Shown here: in pieces, positions 7,715 through 17,002 of the stretch
How positions within the stretch are numbered: the stretch's first letter is position 1
Layout: the number at the start of each line of letters is the position of its first letter
NCBI GenBank assembly: GCA_964588545.1
Contig: CAZPPZ010000001.1
Location: 16,918 to 61,179, forward strand
Length of the DNA: 44,262 bases
Source: an uncultured Myxococcales bacterium
GTDB taxonomy: Bacteria; Desulfobacterota; Binatia; UBA1149; SPBQ01
Direction: 5' to 3'
Notes under the pieces: model-generated
What the model saw: only the letters and a program-made list of their open reading frames with translations
What the model was told of the DNA's origin: nothing
Database searches by the model: none
Position numbers and translations under genes: made by a program

Positions 7715-10495
7715 CTAGGGCCGACAGGTGAGAATCAGCTTGTCGTTGTCACGATGAACCGCGCCTGGATCGCTGGTTCTGCTGCGGACCCGCAGCCTTC
7801 CCTTTCTCGTGCCATTTTTCAGGGCGACGCTGATATCAAAACTGGCTCTACACACATCACTAGTGCTCAGCGCCGGCGAGAACGTCAAGACATTCTGGTG
7901 ACGGCCACCAGTAGCAACCGAACCCGGGGCGAGAGCTCCGGCTGCCGCGAGAACCGCCGCGGCAGCGCTTGCTTGCCAGGGCCGTGAGCTGTCGGGCCGC
8001 GGTTTGCGCAGTTCGAAAGTAGCCACGGCGGTGGGTAGGCAGGCCGGTAAACGCGAGTCGAGGTTGTTCATACACAGGCTAAGACGCATCGCGCAGCTAC
8101 CATTGGCGAGGCCATCATAGTCGCAGGAAGGATCTCCGTCGGTGCAGCTCTGTTTGTTGTTCTTGAATCCGCGCTTGTCGTGGAAAGGCCTGTTGGCGGG
8201 CGCTTCTACCGTCCACTCTAGCGCGCAGCTTAGCGCGGTCTTACGGCTACCCGGAATTCGCGACTCTATAACCGGCTGATAGTTGAAACTCGAGTAGGAT
8301 TCCATGTCGGCGTCGACCTCGGCGTCGCTTAGCGGAAAAGCGACGTAGCTATCGGCCGCGTAGAAGTCCGTCATGTCGGCGTAGTGGGGGCTGTCGGTGT
8401 GCATGGAGTTGCCGTAGGGCTTTATCCGGCGCACCGAAATTCGTCCCGAGGCATCGAAACTCGAAAGGATCATGTACGACGATCCCGCAGCGACGTTGCC
8501 GCGGCCGTGCAGATTGGTATCTTCGGGCTGTGGCGTTGCCATCCTCAGCGTCTGAATGGTCTTGGTCGCGCCGCTGATCGGTCGCGGGATAGGTGGCAGC
8601 GCGCCGGCATCATCGAGCTCGCCGAGTCGCTTGATCGTATGTATGGTTGCGTAGGGAACCAGTGGCGTTCCGTAGTCGGCTACCAGCTGGTCTACAGTAG
8701 CGGTGAACGCCGCGACTGCTGCCTGCTGTTCGCTCGGGGTGAGCGTAGCTGGTGGGTTGTTGTATGAAACAGAGGTCCCGGTGGTGACGGTCTTAGCCCA
8801 GTCTGAGTATATGGTTATACCGACCTCGTTTTTGTCGGCGCGTCGGTTCCACGAATCGATGGCGGCCAACGCAGTGGCGTAGTGGCCGTTGGGATCGACG
8901 GGGGGAAAGGCTGCGTAGGCGTCATCTAGCAGGGGAATGAAGGCATCGGCCGAGCGTACCTCGGTGTTGAAACTCTGAGCGACCATCTCGGTGTCGCTGA
9001 TGGTTTGTCCGGCTGTGACCTTGGCCTCAAAATAGTCGCTGGCTACTTGGCTGCGGTAGTTTTCTGCGGACCCTGGATTGCACAGCCCGGGTACACACTG
9101 AAAGTCAGCGGGGCTCAGTCCACATGAGTTGTACCAAGGAGCGTTGTTTGAGTTTTGCATCCACCCGCAACTTGGGTTTTCGGTTTGTGGCAGGTCCTCG
9201 AAACTTATGTAGTAGCTGCCCCCTATCTTTAGCCAGTCGGTGGCAGAGCTGCTGCCGTCAAGCGGCAGCCCAAAGCAGACTCCAGGCGGGCGGTTGGGCT
9301 GGCGCGAGTCGGAAATCGTCCAGATGTCACCACCGCGCGTAGCGACCATACGGTTACCACGACGGCCATCGAGCGAGCGCAGTGAGTCTTTGAACTCAGA
9401 GAGATTACGAGATCGCATCTTCTTTAGATGAAGGTGGAGATGATCAAAGGCATCCTGGCCGCTGGCGCGGGCCGCGTAGGCGGTACCGGCGGTTAGTGGA
9501 ACCGGGAATACCACGACACCATGGTGGGTTTCGCGTACCGCGACTATGTGGTCGGCACCGCCACTTACCTTGATGACTTCATCGGCGACGTGAATGATGT
9601 CTTTCCAGACGCCATCGTGGAGGTACTCGAACTCACCGGCGCGCTGCGCGTCATCGCGCACGCTGAGCTGGTATAGGTCGGCGTTGTCGACTCCATTGTT
9701 GGTCCCCGACCAGCCTAGATAGGGGTTGGCGCCTATGGCGATTGCCGGCAGGCCAAAGCGGCTAGCGCCAACCACATCGTAAGGTCCGCTCTTTAGGTGA
9801 GCGTCGTACCAGTGGGTGCCACCGGTTCCTGAATCGTCGAAGGGCAGGTGGGGGTCGCCCTGAATCTGCGCGATTCCTGTAGCCGACATCGCCGGGCTGA
9901 TCGCCCACATGTTCGAAGCTTCGTCGCTACCGGCAATACTCTGGCCGCCCGGCGGGCAGGTGCTCTGGCCGATACGTCCGAGTTTGGTGGTGATCAGCGC
10001 GAGTTGAGTGTCGATGCTTGCCGCGCGGATGCCGGCGAGAATGTCAATGGCGTCGAGCGCCAGTGTGCTAGCCCAGGCTGCCTCGGTGGGGTTATCGCTG
10101 CGGTAGGCGTTTACTCCGGCCGAAAAAGCCGCGGCAACTTCGAGAGCTTCACCATCGATTTCGTCGATATGGGCTTGTATCGCTCGCCGCCCGCCGAGAA
10201 ATCGCCAGCCGATGTCACCGCTGAGTGTAGCCGGCCCCGAGAACTCGGCCGAGCGGCCGAGCAGTTTGGCGAAGAGTTCGAGCATCTCTCCCAAATGGTC
10301 TTCAGCCTGAGCGTAGCCGAAGGCATACATCATTGCCGCTGGGGTTTCGCCGTAACAGTGAGGCACACCCATGGAGTCGCGTTTGATTTCACCGAGCTGG
10401 CCGGCGGCCACGGGCGAACTAATGGCTAGCAGTGAAAGGACAAGTGCTAGGCGGAGCAAACGGCCGCGGGCAGCGTAGCGATGAAGCTGCAACAT
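7715..10495 (-). CDS. Penicillin/AHL acylase family (S45 Ntn-hydrolase) with a cysteine-containing C-terminal extension of about 170 aa
   Basis: Signal peptide, then RDSMGVPHCYG..MYAFGYAQAEDHL, and SNMWAIS (the Ser nucleophile that starts the beta chain). RBS GAGGGGG lies before the ATG. The C-terminus reads CALEWTVEAP...KQSCTDGDPSCDYDGLANGSCAMRLSLCMNN... Confidence 0.85.
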   Translation of the reverse strand: MLQLHRYAARGRLLRLALVLSLLAISSPVAAGQLGEIKRDSMGVPHCYGETPAAMMYAFGYAQAEDHLGEMLELFAKLLGRSAEFSGPATLSGDIGWRFLGGRRAIQAHIDEIDGEALEVAAAFSAGVNAYRSDNPTEAAWASTLALDAIDILAGIRAASIDTQLALITTKLGRIGQSTCPPGGQSIAGSDEASNMWAISPAMSATGIAQIQGDPHLPFDDSGTGGTHWYDAHLKSGPYDVVGASRFGLPAIAIGANPYLGWSGTNNGVDNADLYQLSVRDDAQRAGEFEYLHDGVWKDIIHVADEVIKVSGGADHIVAVRETHHGVVVFPVPLTAGTAYAARASGQDAFDHLHLHLKKMRSRNLSEFKDSLRSLDGRRGNRMVATRGGDIWTISDSRQPNRPPGVCFGLPLDGSSSATDWLKIGGSYYISFEDLPQTENPSCGWMQNSNNAPWYNSCGLSPADFQCVPGLCNPGSAENYRSQVASDYFEAKVTAGQTISDTEMVAQSFNTEVRSADAFIPLLDDAYAAFPPVDPNGHYATALAAIDSWNRRADKNEVGITIYSDWAKTVTTGTSVSYNNPPATLTPSEQQAAVAAFTATVDQLVADYGTPLVPYATIHTIKRLGELDDAGALPPIPRPISGATKTIQTLRMATPQPEDTNLHGRGNVAAGSSYMILSSFDASGRISVRRIKPYGNSMHTDSPHYADMTDFYAADSYVAFPLSDAEVDADMESYSSFNYQPVIESRIPGSRKTALSCALEWTVEAPANRPFHDKRGFKNNKQSCTDGDPSCDYDGLANGSCAMRLSLCMNNLDSRLPACLPTAVATFELRKPRPDSSRPWQASAAAAVLAAAGALAPGSVATGGRHQNVLTFSPALSTSDVCRASFDISVALKNGTRKGRLRVRSRTSDPGAVHRDNDKLILTCRP

Positions 10496-10591
10496 GATAT
10501 CCCCCTCGCAGAGATCTCAGGTGCGCAAAGCTCGTTTCTCCCCAGACGCTGTCGCGATCATCGCGTCTAAGGAGGGCTGGGTCAAGAGGGT

Positions 10592-11179
10592 TTATTGGCC
10601 GCAGCCGCCCATCGGTGTCGGGCCGCTCTTGGCCGGCCAGGCCTGGCGCAGCACGTCGACGCGAGCGCGGAAGTCGTCTAGCCGCCCCTCGTGCTGCCAG
10701 CGCTCGGTGAACTCGGCAAAGGCTTTATCGAGCAGCTCCCAGCTAGCCTCAGGCAGCTGTTGGCGACTCATTGGGTAGAGCACGTTATCTTCCTTGCCGA
10801 TATGCGACTTGAGAAACAAAGTGTAGCGCTCGGCCGTGGTGGCGAGGCGGCTGCACTCGTCCGCGTTCCAGGGCTGAGGCTGGGTGGCCAACGCGTCCAT
10901 CTCTGCAACCAAACCTCGGCAGGTGCCGTGATCGGCAAGCATTACCGCGAGCGGGCCTTGGTCGCGGGGAAAGCCGTGCTCGGTCATCTTCTCAAAGAGC
11001 ATGTCCTCTTCTTTCATGTGATGCAGTTTGTCGAAAAGTCTCAGTAGCTCGACGAACTGCAGCAAGGTCTCGCGTTCATCACTTGGATTGTCGCGCACGC
11101 TAGCGGCAAAGAGGCAGAGCGAGTCGAGTATAGACTCGACGGTACGATGTTCGTCAGTGAGGATATCTAGTGCTTGCAC
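10592..11179 (-). CDS. Hemerythrin-domain protein
   Basis: The GTG at 11179 sits 7 nt after AAGGGAGA. The protein reads VQALDILTDEHRTVESIL...HHMKEEDMLFEKM...LADHG...HIGKEDNVLYP, the His/Glu ligand pattern of hemerythrin-like cation-binding domains. The 79 upstream codons of the track ORF look non-coding. Confidence 0.75.
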   Translation of the reverse strand: MQALDILTDEHRTVESILDSLCLFAASVRDNPSDERETLLQFVELLRLFDKLHHMKEEDMLFEKMTEHGFPRDQGPLAVMLADHGTCRGLVAEMDALATQPQPWNADECSRLATTAERYTLFLKSHIGKEDNVLYPMSRQQLPEASWELLDKAFAEFTERWQHEGRLDDFRARVDVLRQAWPAKSGPTPMGGCGQ

Positions 11180-11309
11180 TTTATGGTCTCCCTTTGGTGC
11201 GGCCGCCGTAGATGCTACGGGAGTCTGCTGGGGCGGGCAAGGGGGCCCTTGGGGATGGTAGCGACAGGCCTGTAGTGCTGACTTGGAACTAGACTGGTGC
11301 TGGTCTACG

Positions 11310-12053
11310 ATGCCCGACATGTCGCAAAACACATCGGGTCGTAGCTCTTCAGGTGTAGCTCTTTGGATCGGTCTCGCGGCGCCGCTGTGCGCGCTCGGCG
11401 GCGCGATTCTTGCCAACTACGAAGTGTTTACACCATTTGTCGGATTTCGTATCTTTCTGCTGTCTCTACCGCTGTCGCTGTTGGGCATACTCGCAGCCAT
11501 GGTCGCGCTGTTTAACACCCGCCAGGGCCGCAACCCCTCGGGGCGCGCCAAGGGAATTACCGCAGCTATGGCGGGGGTGCTGACGATCTCGGTAGTCGCA
11601 GGTCTGGTTGCACCGACAGTGGGGCTACCGCTGATAAACGACATCAGCACCGACGTCAGCGATCCTCCGCGTTTCGTTCACGCGGCAACGCTGGCTGGCA
11701 ACGCTGGACGCGACCTCAGCTATCCCGTGGATTTCGCCGAGCAGCAACGCGAGGGTTATCCCACACTCTCGAGCCTGCGTCTGGATGCCACTCCCGAAGA
11801 GGTGTTCGAACGAGTGCAGGCCGCGGTGAAGGGGCTTCGTGATACCCGCGTTACCAGTGTCGACGCCGACAACGGTGTGATCGAGGCGGTGAGCGTCTCG
11901 CGGGTATTTCACTTTGTAGATGACGTGATCGTCCGCGTACGCGAAGACGGTAGCCAGACGGTGGTCGATGCTCGGTCGAAGTCGCGCGATGGCAAGGGCG
12001 ATTTGGGCACCAATGCGGCGCGTATCGAAGCGCTGTTCCTGGTACTGCGATAA
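11310..12053 (+). CDS. DUF1499 family membrane-anchored protein
   Basis: N-terminal TM segments, then PLINDISTDVSDPPRF...GYP.L..L......EVF......V......RVTSVD...GVIEAV..SRVFHFVDDVIVRV......TVVDARS.SR.GKGDLG.NA.RI. The start (11310 versus 11319) is uncertain. Confidence 0.7.
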   Translation: MPDMSQNTSGRSSSGVALWIGLAAPLCALGGAILANYEVFTPFVGFRIFLLSLPLSLLGILAAMVALFNTRQGRNPSGRAKGITAAMAGVLTISVVAGLVAPTVGLPLINDISTDVSDPPRFVHAATLAGNAGRDLSYPVDFAEQQREGYPTLSSLRLDATPEEVFERVQAAVKGLRDTRVTSVDADNGVIEAVSVSRVFHFVDDVIVRVREDGSQTVVDARSKSRDGKGDLGTNAARIEALFLVLR

Positions 12054-12072
12054 TAAAGAGGGAAGTCTAGCA

Positions 12073-12780
12073 ATGGCCAGCAATTCCGTAGAGTTCGAAC
12101 TTGATGGCAAGGTCGCGATCGTGCGTATTGACGACGGCAAAGCCAACGCGCTTTCGCCGGCGCTGCTCAGCAGCCTCGAGGCGGCACTCGAGCGTGCCGA
12201 GAAGGAAGCCGCCGCGCTGTTGTTGGTTGGACGTCCCGGGAAGCTCTCGGCTGGATTCGACTTGTCGGTCATGACTGCCGGTGCCGATTCGGCACGTGCC
12301 CTGGTGACTCAAGGCGCCGAGCTGTTGCTGCGTTTGTATCTTCACCCCCAACCGGTGGTTGTCGCCTGCACCGGGCACGCGCTGGCGGCGGGGGCGCTAC
12401 TGACCTTGGTGGCTGACACGCGCATCGGTGTACGCGGCGATTTCAAGCTAGGACTCAATGAGGTCGCTATTGGTATGCGCCTGCCGATCTTTGCCGTCGA
12501 GCTAGCCAAGGACCGACTGTCGAAACGTCACGTAACCGCGGCTGCTCTGCAGGCTCGAATTTACTCTCCAGACGAGGCGGTAGACGCCGGCTATCTCGAC
12601 CGCGTAGTCGAGGCTGACCACTTGTTTGATGAGGCGCTCGGTTGTGCCAAGAGCTTGGCCGAGCTCTCGCGCGGAGCTTATGCTTGGACCAAGAAGCTGG
12701 CTCGAGAGCCGATGGTTGCGGCTATTCGTGCCTCGCTCGCCGAAGACATGAGGCAGGTTGCGCCCCCTACAAACGTATAG
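12073..12780 (+). CDS. Enoyl-CoA hydratase/isomerase (crotonase) family protein
   Basis: ATG at 12073 after GAGGGAAG. The protein reads VEFELDGKVAIVRIDDGKANALS...LLLVGRPGKLSAGFDL...VVVACTGHALAAGALL. Confidence 0.85.
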   Translation: MASNSVEFELDGKVAIVRIDDGKANALSPALLSSLEAALERAEKEAAALLLVGRPGKLSAGFDLSVMTAGADSARALVTQGAELLLRLYLHPQPVVVACTGHALAAGALLTLVADTRIGVRGDFKLGLNEVAIGMRLPIFAVELAKDRLSKRHVTAAALQARIYSPDEAVDAGYLDRVVEADHLFDEALGCAKSLAELSRGAYAWTKKLAREPMVAAIRASLAEDMRQVAPPTNV

Positions 12781-12792
12781 CCGGGACTAGCG

Positions 12793-13507
12793 ATGGACGT
12801 AGATAGCTTTGCGTTGGTACCCGGCCGGCGCCTTGCGCGCAAGTACGTAGTGGGCGAGTTGCTCGGTCGTGGATGGGAGGGCGAGGTCTATCACGTAACC
12901 GAGATCTCTACGGGAATAGAACGCGCCGCAAAGTTTTTCTTTCCCCAACGCAATCCCCGCAATCGAGCCATCACGTTTTATGCGAAGAAACTCAACAAGC
13001 TGCACCTGTTCAATCCTGATTCAGTATCACACCCAAGACTCGTTTCGTTACCGTGGCCACGAGATTCCCTTTCTGGTTAGCGAGTACGTGCAGGGAGAGT
13101 TGTTGACCGATCTGTTGATGCGCCAGCGTGGCAAGCGTTTGCACCCGTTCGAGGCTCTACACCTGTTCCACGCGTTGGTCGTCGGGATCGAAGAGATCCA
13201 TCGCTACGGCGAGTACCACGGGGATCTCCATTCGGATAACATAATCGTCGAGCGTCACGGCCTTGGGTTTAGAACCAAGGTCGTCGACATGTTCCACTGG
13301 GGCCGTCCGCGAACGGAACATTTTCACGACGACATTTGTATGTTGGTGCGGCTGCTCTATGACGCTGTTGGGGGTAGGAGGCATTACGCAACGCAACCGA
13401 CTGCGATCAAATCGATCTGCTGTGGGCTCAAGCGATCGCTGATCACAAAGAAGTTTCGCAGTGTCGCCCGTCTGCGTGCCCATGTGGAAAGCCTGGAGTG
13501 GAAATGA
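12793..13507 (+). pseudogene. Small protein-kinase-like gene split by a +1 frameshift near 13000-13018
   Basis: ORF 12793..13080 gives the N-lobe (VVGELLGRGWEGEVYHV...ERAAKFFFP...YAKKLNKLH). ORF 12980..13507, in the +1 frame, continues it (ILIQYHTQDSFRYRGHEIPFLVSEYVQGELL...YHGDLHSDNIIV...VVDMF). The two halves together make one kinase fold. Confidence 0.7.
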
Positions 13508-13571
13508 GCGAGAGGCGGCTCTCTCGGATGAATGGCTTGCGGCAACGCCCACACGGTGCAAGTGTTTGGCC

Positions 13572-14204
13572 ATGTCTGAATCTGCCGTGAGCTTTACCGT
13601 ATACTCTGACGTTCTTTGACCCTGGTGCTACAACGGGGCCGTGCGCCTCTGTCGCATCGAAGAAGAGTACGCGGGGATTGTTGAAGTGACGTGGAAGAGT
13701 TTTCTGCTGCGGCCCTTTCCGGAGCCCCGCGATTTGGAGAAGTTTCGCGCTTACACCAAGTCGTGGAAGGCGCCGGCCGGGCAGCCCGACGGAGGCCGCT
13801 TTCGCCAGTGGCAGAGCGATGCATCTCCGCCATCACATTCGGTTCCTGCCAATGTTGCGGTGAAGGCTGCTGCGCATCAGGGGGAGTTCTCGCGTTACCA
13901 TTTGGCGTTGATGGACGCCTACTTTTATGCCAACCGTAACGTCACTGAGCGTGAGACGATCATCGATGTTGCCGGAGAGTGCGATTTGGATATCGAAGCG
14001 TTTGTTCGCGTGCTTGATGACGAGGCGACGGTTGAGGCGGTTCTTGCCGATCACAACGACGCTATCGCGCGAGGAATAACCGGGGTCCCGACCGTTGTCC
14101 TCAATGACGATTTCCCTATGCCTGGTGCCCAGGATCTCGATTTCTACCGTCACGTTATAGCCCGACAGATATTGATAAACCAAGAGGGAGAAGAGCAGCG
14201 ATGA
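13572..14204 (+). CDS. DsbA/FrnE-like thiol-disulfide oxidoreductase with in-frame UGA (Sec16) in a U-P-W-C active site
   Basis: The track ORF starts artificially at GTG 13641. Reading the same frame from ATG 13572 gives MSESAVSFTVYSDVL-TGA(13617..13619)-PWCYNGAVRLCRIEEEY..., the canonical DsbA-family N-terminus xxYSDxxCPWCYxG with U replacing the first Cys. The stop overlaps the next gene's start (ATGA). Confidence 0.8.
13624..13651 (+). promoter_or_regulatory. Candidate SECIS region downstream of the DsbA-like UGA
   Basis: Two alternative GC-rich hand folds exist within 35 nt of the UGA: GGUGC(U)AC...GUGCGCC, or CGGGGC-CGUGC-GCCUCUG with a GU-containing loop. Neither is decisive. Confidence 0.25.
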
Positions 14205-15382
14205 GCGGGTGGGACGCCAAAGCCGTAGCTGCGCTGGCCCAGGCGTTAGGCCCACGAATGACCGAGCTACGCCGCCGGATCCACCAGTGTCCCGAGCTTG
14301 GCTTGGACAACCCCCACACTCAAAGCATGATTGTCGATCGCTTGGAGAGTATGGGGATCGTTTCGTTGCACCGTGGGCACGGTTGCAGCTCGGTTGTCGC
14401 CGACATCGAAGGATCTGCGTCGGGGGCGCGGCGTACGGTTTTGCTCCGCGCAGATACCGATGCCCTGCCGCTCAGCGAAAACGCGCAAGTCGAGTGGGCC
14501 TCGCGGATCCCGGGGTGTATGCACGCCTGTGGCCACGATGCTCATGTGGCGATGCTGCTCGGTGCCGCTGAAATGTTGCAAAGCAATCGCGAGCGTTTTT
14601 CAGGCCGGGTACGCTTGGTATTTCAGCCTGGTGAGGAGGGCTTCGGCGGCGCGCAGATTGTTATAGACGAAGGCGCGCTCGATGGCGTCGACTGCGCGTT
14701 TGCTCTGCACGTGGAACCCGGGCGTCGGGCCCACCTAGTCGCATCTCGTGCCGGAGCTGTGCTCGCAGCCTTCGACAATTTTGCCGTACCCTTTCACGGC
14801 TCCGGCGGCCACGCCTCTACGCCCCACCTAACCCGCGATCCTATCCCAGCGATCGGCCCGTTTGTTGATGGCCTCGCGCACGTTGCTGCTCGCGAGACCG
14901 ACCCCGCCGACCGCACGGTTCTCAGCGTCACTAGAGTCGAGGCTGGGACTACCGACAACGTCATTCCACCAACCGCTCACTGCTATGGCACGATCCGTAC
15001 TCTCAGTGTTGATGGCCGTGAACGCGCGCGCCGCGCCCTACGGCGGGTTGCTGCCGGTGTTGCAGCCACGCGTAACCTGGAGGTCAGCGTAGACTTGGTC
15101 GAAGGTTATCCGCCTACTGTCAACGATGAGTCGGTGATTACCGCGCTACGAGAAGTAAGCGAGGAGCTTGATCTTCGCTGTGAGGAAATGGCAGCACCGT
15201 TCATGGGGGCAGAGGATTTTTCTTATCTTCTCGAGCGCGTTCCCGGCGCGATGGCGTTTCTCGGTGCGCGCACCCCGGGCGGCGGGCCGCTGCACTCCGA
15301 CTTGATGAAGCTCGACGAAGCGGTGCTGCCCACCGGCGCGGCACTTCACGTGGTCATGGCGCTAAAGCTGTTAGCCGACTGA
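14201..15382 (+). CDS. M20 family amidohydrolase (N-acyl-amino-acid amidohydrolase / hippuricase type)
   Basis: RRRIHQCPELG, LRADTDALP, HACGHDAH and FQPGEEGFGGA are typical M20D motifs. Confidence 0.9.
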   Translation: MSGWDAKAVAALAQALGPRMTELRRRIHQCPELGLDNPHTQSMIVDRLESMGIVSLHRGHGCSSVVADIEGSASGARRTVLLRADTDALPLSENAQVEWASRIPGCMHACGHDAHVAMLLGAAEMLQSNRERFSGRVRLVFQPGEEGFGGAQIVIDEGALDGVDCAFALHVEPGRRAHLVASRAGAVLAAFDNFAVPFHGSGGHASTPHLTRDPIPAIGPFVDGLAHVAARETDPADRTVLSVTRVEAGTTDNVIPPTAHCYGTIRTLSVDGRERARRALRRVAAGVAATRNLEVSVDLVEGYPPTVNDESVITALREVSEELDLRCEEMAAPFMGAEDFSYLLERVPGAMAFLGARTPGGGPLHSDLMKLDEAVLPTGAALHVVMALKLLAD

Positions 15383-17002
15383 ATTGTTGTTGGGGTCGAC
15401 GAGCACCCCCGGGTTGAGAATCGCCGCTGGATCGAGCTCGCGTTTTACGGCGCGTAGAGCCGCTGCAAAACGGTCGGGCCGCTGGCGATCGTACCAGGGG
15501 CGATGGTCTCGGCCGACGGCGTGGTGGTGGGTGATGGTTCCACCACCGGCGATCACCGCCTCAGCAGCGACCGCCTTTATTTCGTCCCACTGGGCCAGCT
15601 GACTACCGTGGCGTGATGGTGCGATGACGGTAAAGTATGGGGCCACGCCATCGGCATAAACGTGGGTGAAACGGCAGGTGAGCGTCCCATCTCCGCAGAT
15701 GCGTTTGAGCGCTAGATTTACCTGTTCGGTTACGCTGGCATGGAACTCTTGGAAACGCTCCCAGGTGATTGCCGTCTCGAAGGTATCGCTGATAAATCCC
15801 ATTAGCACTAGAGCATCACGCAGGTACGGTGCGCGCAGAAAAGCGCTGCGCCAAGCGCCGGCGGCGCCCTGGCGAGTGGCATCCTCATCACGACGGGTTT
15901 TTCCGGCACCCTCAGGGATGGCACCTCCGTGGTCTCGGCAACACTCGAGCGCTCTGTACATCGCCGCGTCGAGACCGTGGTCGGCCGATTCAAATCCGAC
16001 GATCACTACCGAGTGGCTGCCGTCGCCAGCACCGTTTACCAAGGCCTCGTTGGCATCGAGCAGACGCAGGTTCGAGGGGTGCAGCCCGGTCTGGGCAATC
16101 TCGCGGACGCACTCAGCAGCAGCGTAGAAATCTGCGAAGGTCACCGCAGCCGAAGCGCGAAAGCTGGGTCGGCACTGCAGCCTCATCCATGCCTCGGTGA
16201 TTATCCCCAGGCTGCCCTCCGAACCGATGAAGAGACGGTCCGGGCTGGGCCCGGCACCAGAGCCGGGCAGACGTCGAGACTGGGCTATGCCGCTGGGGGT
16301 GACCACACGCAGGCTTTCGACAAAATCGTCGATGTGGGTGTAGAGGGTGGCGTAGTGGCCGCCGGCGCGGGTAGCGAGCCAACCACCCAAAGTAGAAAAC
16401 TCGAAAGACTGCGGAAAATGTCTGAGTGTGAGTCCATGGGGACGGAGTTGGTCGGCCAGCGCTGGTCCGTAGATGCCCGTCTGAATTCGTGCGGCCCGCG
16501 AGGTCTTGTCGATCTCGACGACACGATCGAGCCCGCCGAGGTCGATCGAGACTGCGCCACGATAGGCTGCGACGTCGCTAGGGCGGGCCTCGACACCGCC
16601 TACTACGCTAGAGCCACCGCCGTAGGCGATGGCCGCCACGCTGGTGCTGCCGCACCAGTCGAGCAGCGCGACGACATCGCTTTCGTCGCGCGGAAACGCG
16701 ACTAGATCGGGGGCGCAGGCGAAGTCTCCAGACAGCGCACGGACTACGTCACGAAATGCTTTGCCGTAGCTGTGGCCGGCGCGATCATAGGCGGAGTCGG
16801 AAACGATGGAGGCCAGAGCTGCCGGTGCTGTGATGCGGGCTACAGGCAGTGCAATGTCATCCAGTCGTGGTGGCGTCGCCAACTCGGCTGCCGCGCAGCT
16901 GAAACGTTGGGCCAACAGGCTGGCAATCGCGGCTTGGTGCTCGCGGTCGGGGCCCTCGTCTTCGTATCCCCAGCCCCAAAACTTGCGCCGTTTGCTCTTC
17001 AT
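15371..17002 (-). CDS. FAD-linked oxidase, alkyl-dihydroxyacetonephosphate synthase (AGPS)-like
   Basis: The N-terminus KFWGWGYEDEG resembles the AGPS-type motif. A PCMH-type FAD-binding region follows (AIAYGGGSSVVGG). The start ATG overlaps the upstream gene's stop (ATGA at 16999..17002). Confidence 0.8.
   Translation of the reverse strand: MKSKRRKFWGWGYEDEGPDREHQAAIASLLAQRFSCAAAELATPPRLDDIALPVARITAPAALASIVSDSAYDRAGHSYGKAFRDVVRALSGDFACAPDLVAFPRDESDVVALLDWCGSTSVAAIAYGGGSSVVGGVEARPSDVAAYRGAVSIDLGGLDRVVEIDKTSRAARIQTGIYGPALADQLRPHGLTLRHFPQSFEFSTLGGWLATRAGGHYATLYTHIDDFVESLRVVTPSGIAQSRRLPGSGAGPSPDRLFIGSEGSLGIITEAWMRLQCRPSFRASAAVTFADFYAAAECVREIAQTGLHPSNLRLLDANEALVNGAGDGSHSVVIVGFESADHGLDAAMYRALECCRDHGGAIPEGAGKTRRDEDATRQGAAGAWRSAFLRAPYLRDALVLMGFISDTFETAITWERFQEFHASVTEQVNLALKRICGDGTLTCRFTHVYADGVAPYFTVIAPSRHGSQLAQWDEIKAVAAEAVIAGGGTITHHHAVGRDHRPWYDRQRPDRFAAALRAVKRELDPAAILNPGVLVDPNNNSVG

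Noticed and set aside
10592-11416. Full 274-aa version of the hemerythrin ORF, and similar 5' extensions of ORFs 11968..12780, 23378..25189, 30665..32464, 40493..41500 and 16999..18684
   Set aside because: The upstream extensions overlap neighbouring genes or intergenic DNA and lack protein-like sequence. Internal starts with RBS-like sequences (or, for 16999..18684, a signal peptide) give N-termini that match the families.
12995-13025. Programmed +1 ribosomal frameshift in the kinase-like gene
   Set aside because: There is no slippery heptamer, no rare or stop-codon pause site and no nearby stimulatory structure. An indel or pseudogene is the simpler explanation.
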